A stretch of DNA of 64,000 nucleotides from Nitrosopumilus sp. (lineage in GTDB: Archaea > Thermoproteota > Nitrososphaeria > Nitrososphaerales > Nitrosopumilaceae): assembly GCA_965197525.1 (NCBI GenBank), contig OZ240211.1:1120001-1184000 (forward strand), read 5' to 3'. Positions 52,701 through 62,570 of the stretch are shown here, in pieces. The notes under the pieces are model-generated. The model saw only the letters and a list, made by a program, of their open reading frames with translations, did no database searches and was not told the DNA's origin. The translations under genes were made by a program, and so were the position numbers. Position 1 is the stretch's first letter, and each line of letters opens with the position of its first letter.

Positions 52701-52908
52701 CAGTATCGGGAAACTGTATCTCAAAGAACACGAGTCAGAAACATTGTATGAATCACGTTCAAGCGATGTGATAAAATGGCTGGATGGCATGAATGTGGAG
52801 AAATGGAACTCTGTAATCCCTAAAAATAAGGAGATTAAAGGGTCAGATTACAGGCAAATTTGGAGACAGATTTCAGAAATAGATAATTCAGGGAATGATG
52901 ACAAATGA
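49708..52908 (+). CDS. hamB: Hachiman HamB-like Ski2-type DEAH helicase
   Basis: LPTSGGKT, TPEK, IIDEAH, GVHNAG, ATTTIAQGMNFP and NLVGRAGR; long N-terminal helical domain. Confidence 0.8.
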   Translation: MASQVEMISLLEGRDQKAISIVKHMKINKAINLDFASDTKSHTLINDTVEVYELAIIELWKFAFDKSAENHKNKMLFNRYCKECFQLLQSLPIPDEPIEKIKHVLKLFTYSYLGEKWEDMRRILIKDDTLQDLKNILPDWDARLFSTIYQAILHLVKKETWEDLSKTSELIIQLRNEQKQFEEAYLNDRQDEFKLGAACELGSLYHLAKSVELLGEYMRNGTPNQILVMLDMNFDKAIEYSSQGRQVELEIILRMLQLTFKKMVENSVWSVAKRIDSRAKTFVESITTQSKPIFELMYPQRIAILEKGLLDPANRAVVVTLPTSGGKTMIAEFRILQALNQFSDQRMWIAYVVPTRALVNQITNRLRRDLGRLPLGIRVEKMSGAIDTDMFEESLINENNMFDILVVTPEKLNLLIRQGTENGFNDSLVLAIIDEAHNIGDKSRGLNLEMLVSTIKNDCERANLLLLTPFIPNSEELSQWLDAENPKSIGIEFDWKPNDSSIGLCYATGHRRDVTTYYQPLLEPTNEEASQEITLEKMPECKFPISKVKGTKYRLASLAAKTLTKRGNVLVLGGKISVTWNIAKTLSDIMPKVKPLDGRVILVQKFISAELGRDFPLIEYLNYGIGVHNAGLPDEIKQLMEWLMENDLLRVLVATTTIAQGMNFPVSSILLATYSYPYTNMPKRDFMNLVGRAGRIDHEGIGIVGISVDGKETKDAQKAAEFVKKSVEEIVSVLAQLVNESTEKNNSLDLKAHYHQPEWSNFLGYLAHMYNQSRDLQDYISRIEITLRNTYGYLQLEDSKKTVLLKAVTNYGKELDKNQTNSSLSDQTGFSPETIQATIDKVRDLKIKQADWDSSKLFSGPSKTLTKLMKVMMNNIPEIKASLSGIRTETQIDESLLGSIVSDWVSGKELAKISKEYFGGADEDSMKRCVTAVYNKISNFTTWGLSSIQKISSEIESSDVSEDEKTRMRNLPAMIYYGVNSDEAILMRMNNVPRSIADSIGKLYLKEHESETLYESRSSDVIKWLDGMNVEKWNSVIPKNKEIKGSDYRQIWRQISEIDNSGNDDK

Positions 52909-53237
52909 ATAAGGGATTCAAAGAGATGTGAGCACTCGTTTGACGTATCTGCTATGTGATATAGGGAGTGAACTACTTTTTGGACAAGACAGACAGGTTC
53001 AAAAAAAAATATTATTCGTTTGGTAAGTCATCTTTAATTGAAGTACTTTCACACTCAAAAATTTACTACAAACATGCTGCATGTTATATTAACAAATGAA
53101 AGAGTTTATGTGGAAAATGCTTAGAAATGAAAATCAAAGTGATCAAACGAGCCATTATCAAATTGGGATACTATGCATAGAATCTATTGAATGTATTATT
53201 CATCGTTGGATGAGACGCCGATTAAGGTTTTAATTTT

Positions 53238-53672
53238 CTAGGCGTTTATTGGTTCTTCTAGTTTTTTTATCTCAGTTTTCGTCTGTCTTTCTAGTTTTTT
53301 CAGGTCTGCGATTCTGCGTCTATGTTTAAATTTTCTTGTCATTATTTTTATAGGTAAAATCTGTATTCTCTTCGCTTCTTTATCTGCCAATCTCTCAGAA
53401 ACAAAATCGATACTTTCTCTTATGTTTTGAGTCAGGGGGCTTTCCAAATTGATATAGTATCGCTTGGGCCCAGTTGGTTCTGAGTTTGCAGATACCGTAC
53501 CAATATTCAACAAACCTTTAGAGTATTTGTAAAAGATAGTCTTAGACATGCCCAGATCCTCAACGATCTCAGTTGCTGTAAACTTGCTTTTAGGAAAACT
53601 CATCAACAAATCAAGTATATTGATTATTGGGGATTTGCCATAGATTGCGAATATTAGCTTCTCTTGTTCCAT
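53238..53672 (-). CDS. Winged-helix transcriptional regulator
   Basis: FTATEIVEDLGMSKTIFYKY HTH. Confidence 0.7.
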   Translation of the reverse strand: MEQEKLIFAIYGKSPIINILDLLMSFPKSKFTATEIVEDLGMSKTIFYKYSKGLLNIGTVSANSEPTGPKRYYINLESPLTQNIRESIDFVSERLADKEAKRIQILPIKIMTRKFKHRRRIADLKKLERQTKTEIKKLEEPINA

Positions 53673-53750
53673 TGTTTATTCATTAACTCACTATAACTTT
53701 AAACCAAACTTATAAAAATTGTGTTGTTCCATGGTACGATAAGTGTACTG

Positions 53751-54026
53751 GTGAAAAACGAGTTCAACGATGATGAATTAAAAGCTCAAATCATTTCTTA
53801 TTTATGGGATCAAGGCGCGTGGGTCAGATGTATGTTAATTATTCGAGGATGAAAAATAGATTAAGTAAAATAGTTAACAATAATGGAAAACATAGAGAAA
53901 AAAGTAAGGATGTTGTCAAGTCTTCAGTGGGTAACAGTGTTAAAAAATGGTAATACAATATCACTAAATCCACGATACAAATCAATAATTAAAGCATACA
54001 GAAATGCTCATATTTTATATGACTAA
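53751..54026 (+). pseudogene. Frameshifted small gene divergent from the wHTH regulator
   Basis: Joining frames gives KNEFNDDELKAQIISYLWDQGAW/GQMYVNYSRMKNRLSKIV.../IEKKVRML...ISLNPRYK. Confidence 0.35.
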
Positions 54027-54137
54027 ATACCAAATTTACTCTATACAAACCAAAATACGTGTAGATTCTGTATTTGAGACGGGATGCGATGACATAATCA
54101 TATGTTCTAGTGGTTTTTTACAACGTGTATAGTTTAA

Positions 54138-54269
54138 TCACTGTATTCGCAGGTATTGTAGCGTATGATTTTGGATGCATTCTAATGCATAGTCTTTGTC
54201 GACTACTGCAGGTTTTTGTCTCTGCGCTGCAAGTACACGTATATCATCGTTTGTAAGAATAGCAACCAC
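54138..54269 (-). pseudogene. Truncated AbiEii toxin (N-terminal 43 aa only)
   Basis: VVAILTNDDIRVLAAQRQKPAVVDKDYAL lies 4 bp after the AbiEi stop. V(E/D)KDY is the AbiEii N-terminal signature. Confidence 0.65.
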
Positions 54270-54273
54270 GCAC

Positions 54274-55134
54274 CTATGTTGCTGACTTTGCCTCCAAGAG
54301 GGATTCTGCAGACACGTTTACAAATAGGTTCCATTTCATGTTTGACTTTTTTTTCTTGTTTGTTGCAATTGTAGCCAAATGAGGATCCAACCAGGAACGA
54401 CCCGAACCGATCAAGTCTCGCATTTGTTCGTAAAGATCAGATGACACGTCAATCTCAAGCACATCGATCAGGTATCCTAGTCTTTTGATTACGGTGCTGT
54501 TTTTTATTTTCTTGGCATATGTCATTATCTTTTCAAAGGAGGCATCCTCTTTTGCATTCCACAAGCACTTTGCAACCTCTTCTATTCCCCCACAACATTC
54601 TGGATGATCCAGTGCATCTACAATGGTTTTTTCCTTGTCTGAGATGGCTATCATTTGTCTTGCGACCATGTAATTTTTTATACCAAAGAGTTTTGTCTTG
54701 TTTATTGTAACAAACTTGTAGCTTACTCCGTGGATCTTGACACTAGGTATTCTGCAAGCTGTTGCAACAAAGACGGTAAACGGGGTCTGCTCTGTATATC
54801 CGTAATAATTCAACGCACTCCAATACGCAATATAGTAAGAGTTTTTTTTGGCAAGATCAGCTGCTATGACAAACTCGTGTTCCGTGTATTCTGATTTGAC
54901 TCCTGCACTCAACGGCGATATAAGGTATCTTCCGTTGGTTATCAGTACAAGCCATTTTTTGTTGCAAAGTCTGTTTGCCATGACTTTGGCATAACCGTAT
55001 GAGGCACCTGTGACGCGGATAACGTCTTTTAAATTAATGATCGTCTTGCCCTCTTTTGCAAGCGTACTGAGAAGATAGGTCTCCTTTTCAGATATTCCCT
55101 TACGTATATTTTGTGTAGAATTAGTAACATCCAT
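54274..55134 (-). CDS. AbiEi-family antitoxin (type IV TA)
   Basis: N-terminal wHTH, YIAYWSALNYYG, SDKEKTIVD and KRLGYL. Confidence 0.85.
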   Translation of the reverse strand: MDVTNSTQNIRKGISEKETYLLSTLAKEGKTIINLKDVIRVTGASYGYAKVMANRLCNKKWLVLITNGRYLISPLSAGVKSEYTEHEFVIAADLAKKNSYYIAYWSALNYYGYTEQTPFTVFVATACRIPSVKIHGVSYKFVTINKTKLFGIKNYMVARQMIAISDKEKTIVDALDHPECCGGIEEVAKCLWNAKEDASFEKIMTYAKKIKNSTVIKRLGYLIDVLEIDVSSDLYEQMRDLIGSGRSWLDPHLATIATNKKKKSNMKWNLFVNVSAESLLEAKSAT

Positions 55135-55164
55135 ATGTTACTAATATTACATAGAATATACGTA
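55101..55164. promoter_or_regulatory. 64-bp imperfect palindrome centred on the AbiEi start codon
   Basis: 30-bp arms are 26/30 complementary; the inner 11 bp are perfect (attagtaacat/atgttactaat); 4-nt spacer ccat. Confidence 0.8.
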
Positions 55165-55426
55165 AAAACTTTACTGGTATGGACTGAAATTATTAAGATC
55201 CTGCTCTGCAATTGCCAAAACGCTGCCATCAGGAATTTCTCGTCATGTTCGTTCGGAAAACGCGCTGCCTCCACATTGCCAAACTCACGATCCATGTTAG
55301 TAACCGTGCACGAGCCGTAATGAAATATCTAAGAACCGCTACATTCAATCAAAATATTGAACAGTACCTGTTCAGAAAATCAATTGCAAAGACTTAATGA
55401 CGCCACCCTAGATTAAATTAAAACAA

Positions 55427-56434
55427 ATGGAGTTTGAAAAGAGGGCAGATAACGACTTTGAAGAAGAGTTTATACGTATATTGGTAAAAGGGAGTAAAAA
55501 TAACACATACAAGTTTGCACTTAGCAGGTTTCTTTTAGATTATAGTAATGAATACGAGTCAGACACAATACGATATGCCACAATTGCCAAATATTTTTTC
55601 AAATATTATTGGTTGCAAGAATGCAAATCCAAGCTGCGCCAGGGACCAAAGAACCAAGAACCCGAGATAATATCAATAATACGCAAAGAATTTACAGAAA
55701 ATGCATATCCACAGACATTTAAAAAACTAAAAGAAGAAGAGTTAGAAAAGATACAGAGATGTGAAGAGCAGATCGTAAAGAAATGCTTTGATGATGTGAT
55801 ACCACGATTTCAAAATACTAGAAACAATAAAGAGATGTTTTTCAAGTATTTTGCAAAAGAGTACAAGGATTCAGCTGACAACAAAAAGATTGATCAGGGA
55901 GGAGGAATACTCTTGAATTGTGATGCAATGTGTTTTTTCAGAGAGAATTATGTAGCCCTGTACAAAGTTGTAATTCTTGAATGGATACGATTTTTAGAGA
56001 TACGTAACTTTGGAACCCCAAACCTGGTGAGAAAGATTGAAAGTGACGGTATGGGTCCAAGAAACCAAGGAAGATTCCGCAAGCATCTAGAGTCGTTTGT
56101 TGATGGCGATAACTGTTTTTACTGCAAGGCCAAGCTAGAACCCGGTAAAAATACACATGTAGACCACGTAATTCCATTTGACTATATCGGGGATACGGAA
56201 CTCTGGAATATGGTATTGTCATGCCAGATATGCAACTGTGAGAAATCAGGCAATCTGCCGCCACGTAGCTATATTGAAAAGTTGCTAGAACGGAACAGTG
56301 AGCATCAATCCGATAAAAAATTACAAAATTCACTTGATGTATTGAATCACGGTCAACACGACGTTAATTGGCATTACAAAAACGCCCAAAAACACGGATA
56401 TGAAACGCTAAAAAATTTTCCAAAGAAAAGGTAA
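55427..56434 (+). CDS. HNH endonuclease (candidate type IV restriction enzyme)
   Basis: CFYC...HVDHVIPF...NMVLSCQICNCEKS; N-terminal NTYKFAL. Confidence 0.88.
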   Translation: MEFEKRADNDFEEEFIRILVKGSKNNTYKFALSRFLLDYSNEYESDTIRYATIAKYFFKYYWLQECKSKLRQGPKNQEPEIISIIRKEFTENAYPQTFKKLKEEELEKIQRCEEQIVKKCFDDVIPRFQNTRNNKEMFFKYFAKEYKDSADNKKIDQGGGILLNCDAMCFFRENYVALYKVVILEWIRFLEIRNFGTPNLVRKIESDGMGPRNQGRFRKHLESFVDGDNCFYCKAKLEPGKNTHVDHVIPFDYIGDTELWNMVLSCQICNCEKSGNLPPRSYIEKLLERNSEHQSDKKLQNSLDVLNHGQHDVNWHYKNAQKHGYETLKNFPKKR

Positions 56435-56813
56435 ATGCCTGATCAAAAATTTACCTGCAAGCAAAACACCACACACACAACAGTCAAGGAATAAAACAGC
56501 ACAGCACAAAGTCAATTACCAGTAATGTAGCAGACTTTGATACTATCCGGATTCTCGATTAGATATAATTAGTCTCAAATTAGTACAAATCTATACAAAT
56601 CAAGGCAGTATAATAATACTTGATGAATATTACTTTGATAAAACTACTGTAGTAATGTCAGGACAAAAGGAGAAATGCAGAAATTGATATTATCGTCTGC
56701 TATGAGAGAAGAGGCAGATATTCGAGACTATGGCAAGTTAAAGTAGGATTATTACGAAACGAGCATGTATTTTTGCTCAAAGCAGTGGCAAATAGAGAAG
56801 GGGCATTCAGGAT

Positions 56814-57023
56814 ATGGCAGCACTAGTTAGAGGTAGTCTAGATACAGTGCATGAATTACAACATACCTCATTTGATTGGAGTTTGGTGCGAGATGAGATG
56901 TTAAATCAAGAGACTGCTAGTCCCACAAAGAATTTTACTCCTAGCATTATGGATCAGATATCATACCTTGCAGAACAGATCGGAATAGTCGCCCATTCTT
57001 TGAGAAGTGAAAAAGACGCATAG
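56814..57023 (+). CDS. Small hypothetical protein or pseudogene fragment
   Basis: 69-aa ORF in a degraded-looking region. Confidence 0.3.
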   Translation: MAALVRGSLDTVHELQHTSFDWSLVRDEMLNQETASPTKNFTPSIMDQISYLAEQIGIVAHSLRSEKDA

Positions 57024-57331
57024 TTGACATGTTGATTCAGCAACTGATACGTGGAGAGATTATGATGTTGACTCGTGGTGCATCAGTCATGTTGATGTAT
57101 GGATTCATCAAGCTGAGATGTATAATAGCATGAATTAAGAAATAGCATTGCAAAGATTTCATTACTGCTGATAAAGATATCGCAAAACGGCTAAAAGCTA
57201 AACAAGACGTATTTATTGAATAGTTTTTTTGTTGGGATTGTTTTTTTTTCTAGAACGTCTGCATAAACTAAATCTAAACCATTTACATAGATGTTCACTA
57301 GGATTATATTTTACCAAGAAGGAATTTCAAC

Positions 57332-58309
57332 ATGTCGTTTCCCATAAGAAGGCTCAGGAGGTTGAGAACAACATCAAAAATGCGAGAACTAGTCCAAGAG
57401 ACGACACTAACTACAAGTAACTTGATCTGTCCAATTTTTGTCCAAGAGGGACTCAAAACCAAGGCCAGAGTAGACTTGATGCCTGATATTGAGAGATTGC
57501 CGCTTGATGACATTAACGACGAGGTGGGAACTGTTGTTGATTTGGGCATACCTGCAATAATGTTGTTTGGAATTCCCAAAAACAAAGACGATGCTGGTAC
57601 ATCGGCGTTTGATGAGAATGGGATCGTACAAAGAACGATCTCTCAGATTCGGCAGAACTTTGGCGACAAGATCGTAGTAATGTCAGATGTATGCCTCTGC
57701 CAGTATACACCGATGAGTCACTGTGGAATTTTAAGCGGCGGCAAAATAGACAACGATCAGAGCGTTGATACGCTAGTAAAGGTTGCAGTAAGCCAGGCCA
57801 GGGCTGGAACTGACACTGTGTCACCATCTGCAATGATGGATGGACAAGTAGCTGCAATCAGGACGGCGCTAGATGATGAAGGCTTTACAGATGTGTCAAT
57901 CATGCCACAATCAGCAAAGCACAGCTCGTCGTTTTATTCGCCGTTTAGAGATGCTGCAGAATGCGTCCCAAAGCTAAGTGACAAGAAGACCTACCAAGTT
58001 CCTTTCACCAATGCCAGAGAGATAATGAGAGAGATTGAAGCAGATATTAACGAGGGTGCCGATATTGTGATGATAAAACCTGCACTTGCATACTTGGACC
58101 TTATTGCAGAGGCTAGAAAGAGATTCGATATTCCAGTCGCAACGTACAGCGTTTCTGGAGAATACGCCATGATCAAGGGAGCTGCAAGTCAAGGCTGGAT
58201 CAGTGAAAAAGACGCTACAATGGAGATTCTTTATTCTATAAAACGCGCAGGTGCCGACATGATAGTGACTTATTTTGCAAAATCGGCAGCAAAGTTTCTT
58301 ATGCCATGA
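57332..58309 (+). CDS. hemB: Porphobilinogen synthase (delta-aminolevulinate dehydratase)
   Basis: RRLRRLR, DVCLCQYT..SHCG, SAMMDG, FYSPFRDAA, KPALAYLD and YSVSGEY. Confidence 0.97.
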   Translation: MSFPIRRLRRLRTTSKMRELVQETTLTTSNLICPIFVQEGLKTKARVDLMPDIERLPLDDINDEVGTVVDLGIPAIMLFGIPKNKDDAGTSAFDENGIVQRTISQIRQNFGDKIVVMSDVCLCQYTPMSHCGILSGGKIDNDQSVDTLVKVAVSQARAGTDTVSPSAMMDGQVAAIRTALDDEGFTDVSIMPQSAKHSSSFYSPFRDAAECVPKLSDKKTYQVPFTNAREIMREIEADINEGADIVMIKPALAYLDLIAEARKRFDIPVATYSVSGEYAMIKGAASQGWISEKDATMEILYSIKRAGADMIVTYFAKSAAKFLMP

Positions 58310-58533
58310 GATATGATGAATGTTTTGAGAGGCCCGGATATATCGACCTAGATCATCTTTATCCCTGAATGCACTTTTGACGAGCTGCAACACGAGTTCG
58401 TTTCTCTTCCAAAAAATTCCTTGTCGACTGGCAGTCAGACAAATCTCTTAGAACCTACGTCTTTGCTCTCTTTGATAATTCCTCACACTTGATAATCATA
58501 TGCTTGATACAGGTATCTACGCACGGAATGTAG

Positions 58534-58618
58534 TGCGGGAGATGGGATTTGAACCCACGAACTCCTAAAAGATAAGGATCTGAACCTTACGCCGTTGACC
58601 AGGCTGGGCGACTCCCGC
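58534..58618 (-). tRNA. tRNA-Leu(CAG)
   Basis: GCGGGAG acceptor stem, TAAGG-TTCAGAT-CCTTA anticodon arm, long variable arm and GTTCAAATC T-loop. Confidence 0.95.
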
Positions 58619-58830
58619 ACTATAAAAAGTCAAAAGTCATGAATAAGTTTCTTATTGTACCAAAATACAGACTAACCTAATGGATTTCAGAGAGGTCTAC
58701 TGCTCTACCTGTAAAAAAGTGATTGGACGGTATAATACAGAATTCTACAAGGATGACAAGATACAAGAGCTGTTAAACACCAGACATTCCACGCACATAA
58801 AAGACGGCCATCGTGTAGACATCAGGAGAT

Positions 58831-59406
58831 TCAAGAAGAACCAAATAGTTTGATCTGTTTTATTGCTTGTGGCAGATCATCGACGCGATGAATTGTATTA
58901 TTACTATTATTGTTATCATCAGATATATGCAGGTTCCAAGGTTGTGTATACAGTAGCATCTTTTTGCCTTTCTCGATAAATTTTTGCGCGTTTAATGGAG
59001 AGTCGTCAATGAACACGTCATAGTCTAAATCAGCCTTCATTGGTCCGTCAATTACTGACACGTAATTATCAAAATGTATGTGATGGTGTGCCAACCACTC
59101 TTTTACAAAACTGTCTGTGGATTGTACGCGAGCTGTGACAATATCCACTTGGCCCAAGTCAGATAACAGTTTTGTAGATGCTGACAAGTCAGATTCGGTA
59201 GTCGGGATGGACATCCAATCCTCCCAACAAGCGTTTAACTCGTCGTAAAAATCATAACGGTTAACATTATACGCACTCCAAAAATTCCAGCTAGTCATCT
59301 GCTGTTTTGTTAGTTTAGATCTATTGGCTTGGCTGTTGTTATACACCAACCAAGACTGCACAACATCAGCTAACACGCCATCTACATCTAGTGCAATCCT
59401 GACCAT
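58831..59406 (-). CDS. HAD-superfamily 5'(3')-deoxyribonucleotidase-like protein
   Basis: IALDVDGVLAD, VTAR and FIDDSP. Confidence 0.85.
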   Translation of the reverse strand: MVRIALDVDGVLADVVQSWLVYNNSQANRSKLTKQQMTSWNFWSAYNVNRYDFYDELNACWEDWMSIPTTESDLSASTKLLSDLGQVDIVTARVQSTDSFVKEWLAHHHIHFDNYVSVIDGPMKADLDYDVFIDDSPLNAQKFIEKGKKMLLYTQPWNLHISDDNNNSNNTIHRVDDLPQAIKQIKLFGSS

Positions 59407-59408
59407 TA

Positions 59409-60488
59409 CTAATCACTTGATCTTTGAAACTCATCAAGGAGGTTCTTTTGGTGTTTGCTTAATTTTTTGGGAATGTTGACTACCAATCTGACAAACTGAT
59501 CCCCCTTGCCATGAGCTTGGATATGTGTAACTCCCTTGCCTTTTAGCTTGATTATGGTGTTTGGCTGACTCCCAGCACTAACTTTGATCTTTTCTTGGCC
59601 GTGCAGAGTTGGGACAACGATATCGCAGCCCAGTGTGACGTCAACCATGGATATATCTTGATCATAAAAGATATCACGGCCATCTCGCTTGAATTGAGTA
59701 TGGGGTTTTATCTTTACCCTGACTATAAGATCACCGTTATCACCATCAGGCACCTCGTCTCCTTCGTTAGGTACCGTGTACTCTCCTGTGTCAACGCCTG
59801 GAGGAATAGAGAATGTTACTCGTTTGTTGCCACGCCTCACGCCCTGACCTCGGCATTCACCGCACGGTGATTCAATCTCAGAGCCTTGGCCCCTGCATTT
59901 AGGACAGGTAGTCGAGGTAACAAACGAGGCAAACCCCATGGTACGTCTCTGACTTACTTGACCTTGACCATTACAGCTTGTACAGCGTTTTTTGCTTGTG
60001 CCAGGCTTGCAGCAAGTACCATTACATGCATCGCACAGGATTTGCTTTTGCATGTCAATCTCTATCTTTTTTCCATGTAGCACATCCTCCAATGTCAGAT
60101 AGGTCTCATAGAGGCGATCATCGCCTTGCTGCCGTCTCTGTTGCTGACCGAAGCCAAATCCTCCGCCTCTGCCACCACCACCGCGGCCAAACAGAGTCTC
60201 AAATATTGAATCAAACCCTCCGCCTTGTGAACCTCTAAAGATATCTTCGGTGGAATACCTGCCGTCAACACCTTGGTGACCGTGTTGATCATAGAGTTGC
60301 TTTTTTTCAGGATCAGAGATAACAGCGTATGCCTCTGAGATCTCTTTAAAATGCTCAGCCGCTTCTGAAGATTTGTTACGGTCCGGGTGAAATTTCAATG
60401 CCAGTTTTCTATACTGTTGTTTAACCTCATCGGGGGCAGACGTCTTTGTAACCCCTAAAACCTCATAATAATCACGTTTTGCACTCAT
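59409..60488 (-). CDS. dnaJ: Chaperone DnaJ
   Basis: J domain HPD, G/F region and CxxCxGxG repeats. Confidence 0.97.
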   Translation of the reverse strand: MSAKRDYYEVLGVTKTSAPDEVKQQYRKLALKFHPDRNKSSEAAEHFKEISEAYAVISDPEKKQLYDQHGHQGVDGRYSTEDIFRGSQGGGFDSIFETLFGRGGGGRGGGFGFGQQQRRQQGDDRLYETYLTLEDVLHGKKIEIDMQKQILCDACNGTCCKPGTSKKRCTSCNGQGQVSQRRTMGFASFVTSTTCPKCRGQGSEIESPCGECRGQGVRRGNKRVTFSIPPGVDTGEYTVPNEGDEVPDGDNGDLIVRVKIKPHTQFKRDGRDIFYDQDISMVDVTLGCDIVVPTLHGQEKIKVSAGSQPNTIIKLKGKGVTHIQAHGKGDQFVRLVVNIPKKLSKHQKNLLDEFQRSSD

Positions 60489-60536
60489 GAGATATACCCC
60501 GTCATATTTGTTGTATAAATGGTAGAGTTAAGAATA

Positions 60537-62561
60537 CTAGTTAGCCTTCTTCTCATCATCGGATGCTGTTGTCGATGTAGTCGATTCTCCAGTACTGTTG
60601 CCATCATTGTTAGTCTGCTGGGTTGAATCTTCTTGCTGAGTTGCACCTTGTTCTTGAGTATCATTACTATTACTATTATCATCATCATCATTACCAGTAG
60701 AACCAGATTGTCCTTGTGCGTCTCCTTCAGGTCCGCCTGACGCGCCTGCGTTTGGATCACCTGCGCCTCCACTACTACTACTACCATCACCAGCAGCAGC
60801 ATCAGCTGCTACGTTCTTGTAAAGTTCCGTAGTCACCTCATTTACTAGTGCCTGTAACGCATCTAGTTTAGGCTTTAACGCTTCAGGCTCTTTATCCAAC
60901 ACCTCTTTGACCTCTCTTACAGCATCAGTAATCTTGATGCCTTGCTCTTGGGTTATCTTGTCCTTCATATCATGATTTACCAGCTTCTCTGTAGTGTAGA
61001 TGTAACTTTCAGCCTCATTCTTTAAATCAATCTTCTCTCTCTTCTTTTTATCCTCATCAGAGAATTTCTCAGCATCTTCCTTTAGTTTCTCAATCTCGTC
61101 AGGGGATAGTTTGGATGTAGACTCGATTGTGATCTTTGCCTCTTTCTGCGTTCCCAAATCCTTTGCAGTTACATTGATGATGCCGTTTGCGTCAATATCA
61201 AACTTGACCTCAATCTGAGGCACTCCTCTAGGAGCAGGTGGGAGATCAGTAAGATTAAAGCTGCCCAATGACACGTTGTCAGTTGCCATAGGTCGCTCAC
61301 CTTGAACGACGTGTATGGTAACTGCCGTCTGGTTGTCAGCTGCAGTTGTAAAGACTTTGCTTTTAGAAGTTGGAATAGTAGTATTTCGCTCAATTAATGG
61401 CTCACGCACTCCTCCTAGCGTCTCAATTCCCAGAGTCAGCGGTGTTACGTCCAATAGTACAATATCGCTGCTCACGTCGCCTGCAATAATGCCAGCTTGG
61501 ATTGCAGCTCCCATAGCAACTGCCTCCATTGGGTCGACACCTGATTCGGTTTTTTGGCTAATTATCTTGCTTACAAACTCTCTTACCAAAGGAATACGAG
61601 TAGGTCCGCCAACCATGACAATCTTGTTAATGTTACTGGGTTCGAGTTTTGCATCCTCTAAAGCCTTTAGCACTGATGGTTTGCATCGTTCGACAATTGG
61701 TCCTATCAATTCATCTAGCTTTGCACGCGTTATTCTTATCTCTAAATTCCTGGCGCCAGTTGACGCATCGTGTGCAATAAATGGTAAATTAACATCAGTC
61801 TCCATAACAGTTGATAATTCAATCTTTGCCTTCTCTGCTGCCTCTCTGATTCGGGTAATAGCTGTGGAGTCAGATGTAAGATCAACACCTTCCTTCTTTT
61901 TGAACTCGTCTACAATATAATCAACTAAAACTTGGTCCATGTCAGTGCCACCCAACTGTGTATCACCTGACGTACTGAGAACCTCAAATACGCCGCCGCC
62001 CATCTCCATGATGGTAACATCCAAGGTACCACCACCGAAATCAAATACAAGAATCTTCATATCCTCTTTTGACTTGTCTAATCCAAACGCCAGAGATGCG
62101 GCAGTGGGTTCGTTGATGATTCTGACAACATCCAACCCTGCAATTGTACCTGCATCCTTGGTTGCCTGACGTTGATTGTCATCAAAGTATGCAGGAACGG
62201 TAATTACCACTTTGTTTATTGGTTCACCAACAAATGCTTCGGCGTCTTTTTTGATCTTTTGTAAAATGAATGCGGATATCTGCTGAGGCTTGTAGGACTT
62301 GTCAAGAACTTTAAATGTATGTTCAGTGCCCATCTTCCTCTTGGCTGCAACAATAGTGTTATCAGGATTGGTCACTGACTGGCGCCTTGCAGGTTCGCCT
62401 ACTAGAAGGTCGCCGTCTTTTCCAAAGGCAACAACTGATGGAAATGCCTTGCCGCCCACTGTGGCACCCTCTGCTGCCGGAATTATGGTAGGCTTTCCGC
62501 CCATCACAACTGCTGCCGCAGAATTGCTTGTCCCTAAATCAATACCAATAATCTTAACCAT
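60537..62561 (-). CDS. dnaK: Chaperone DnaK (Hsp70) with long acidic C-terminal tail
   Basis: [24 protein letters not shown] and VGGPTRIP. Confidence 0.98.
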   Translation of the reverse strand: MVKIIGIDLGTSNSAAAVVMGGKPTIIPAAEGATVGGKAFPSVVAFGKDGDLLVGEPARRQSVTNPDNTIVAAKRKMGTEHTFKVLDKSYKPQQISAFILQKIKKDAEAFVGEPINKVVITVPAYFDDNQRQATKDAGTIAGLDVVRIINEPTAASLAFGLDKSKEDMKILVFDFGGGTLDVTIMEMGGGVFEVLSTSGDTQLGGTDMDQVLVDYIVDEFKKKEGVDLTSDSTAITRIREAAEKAKIELSTVMETDVNLPFIAHDASTGARNLEIRITRAKLDELIGPIVERCKPSVLKALEDAKLEPSNINKIVMVGGPTRIPLVREFVSKIISQKTESGVDPMEAVAMGAAIQAGIIAGDVSSDIVLLDVTPLTLGIETLGGVREPLIERNTTIPTSKSKVFTTAADNQTAVTIHVVQGERPMATDNVSLGSFNLTDLPPAPRGVPQIEVKFDIDANGIINVTAKDLGTQKEAKITIESTSKLSPDEIEKLKEDAEKFSDEDKKKREKIDLKNEAESYIYTTEKLVNHDMKDKITQEQGIKITDAVREVKEVLDKEPEALKPKLDALQALVNEVTTELYKNVAADAAAGDGSSSSGGAGDPNAGASGGPEGDAQGQSGSTGNDDDDNSNSNDTQEQGATQQEDSTQQTNNDGNSTGESTTSTTASDDEKKAN

Positions 62562-62570
62562 ATATCATCA

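Noticed and set aside
57020-57225. PIN toxin relic (...HCKDFITADKDIAKRL)
   Set aside because: Only a short motif in a stop-riddled frame; too weak to call.
58534-58618. tRNA-Leu as integration site of the defence island
   Set aside because: hemB lies between the island and the tRNA. I saw no duplicated tRNA 3' end and no integrase.
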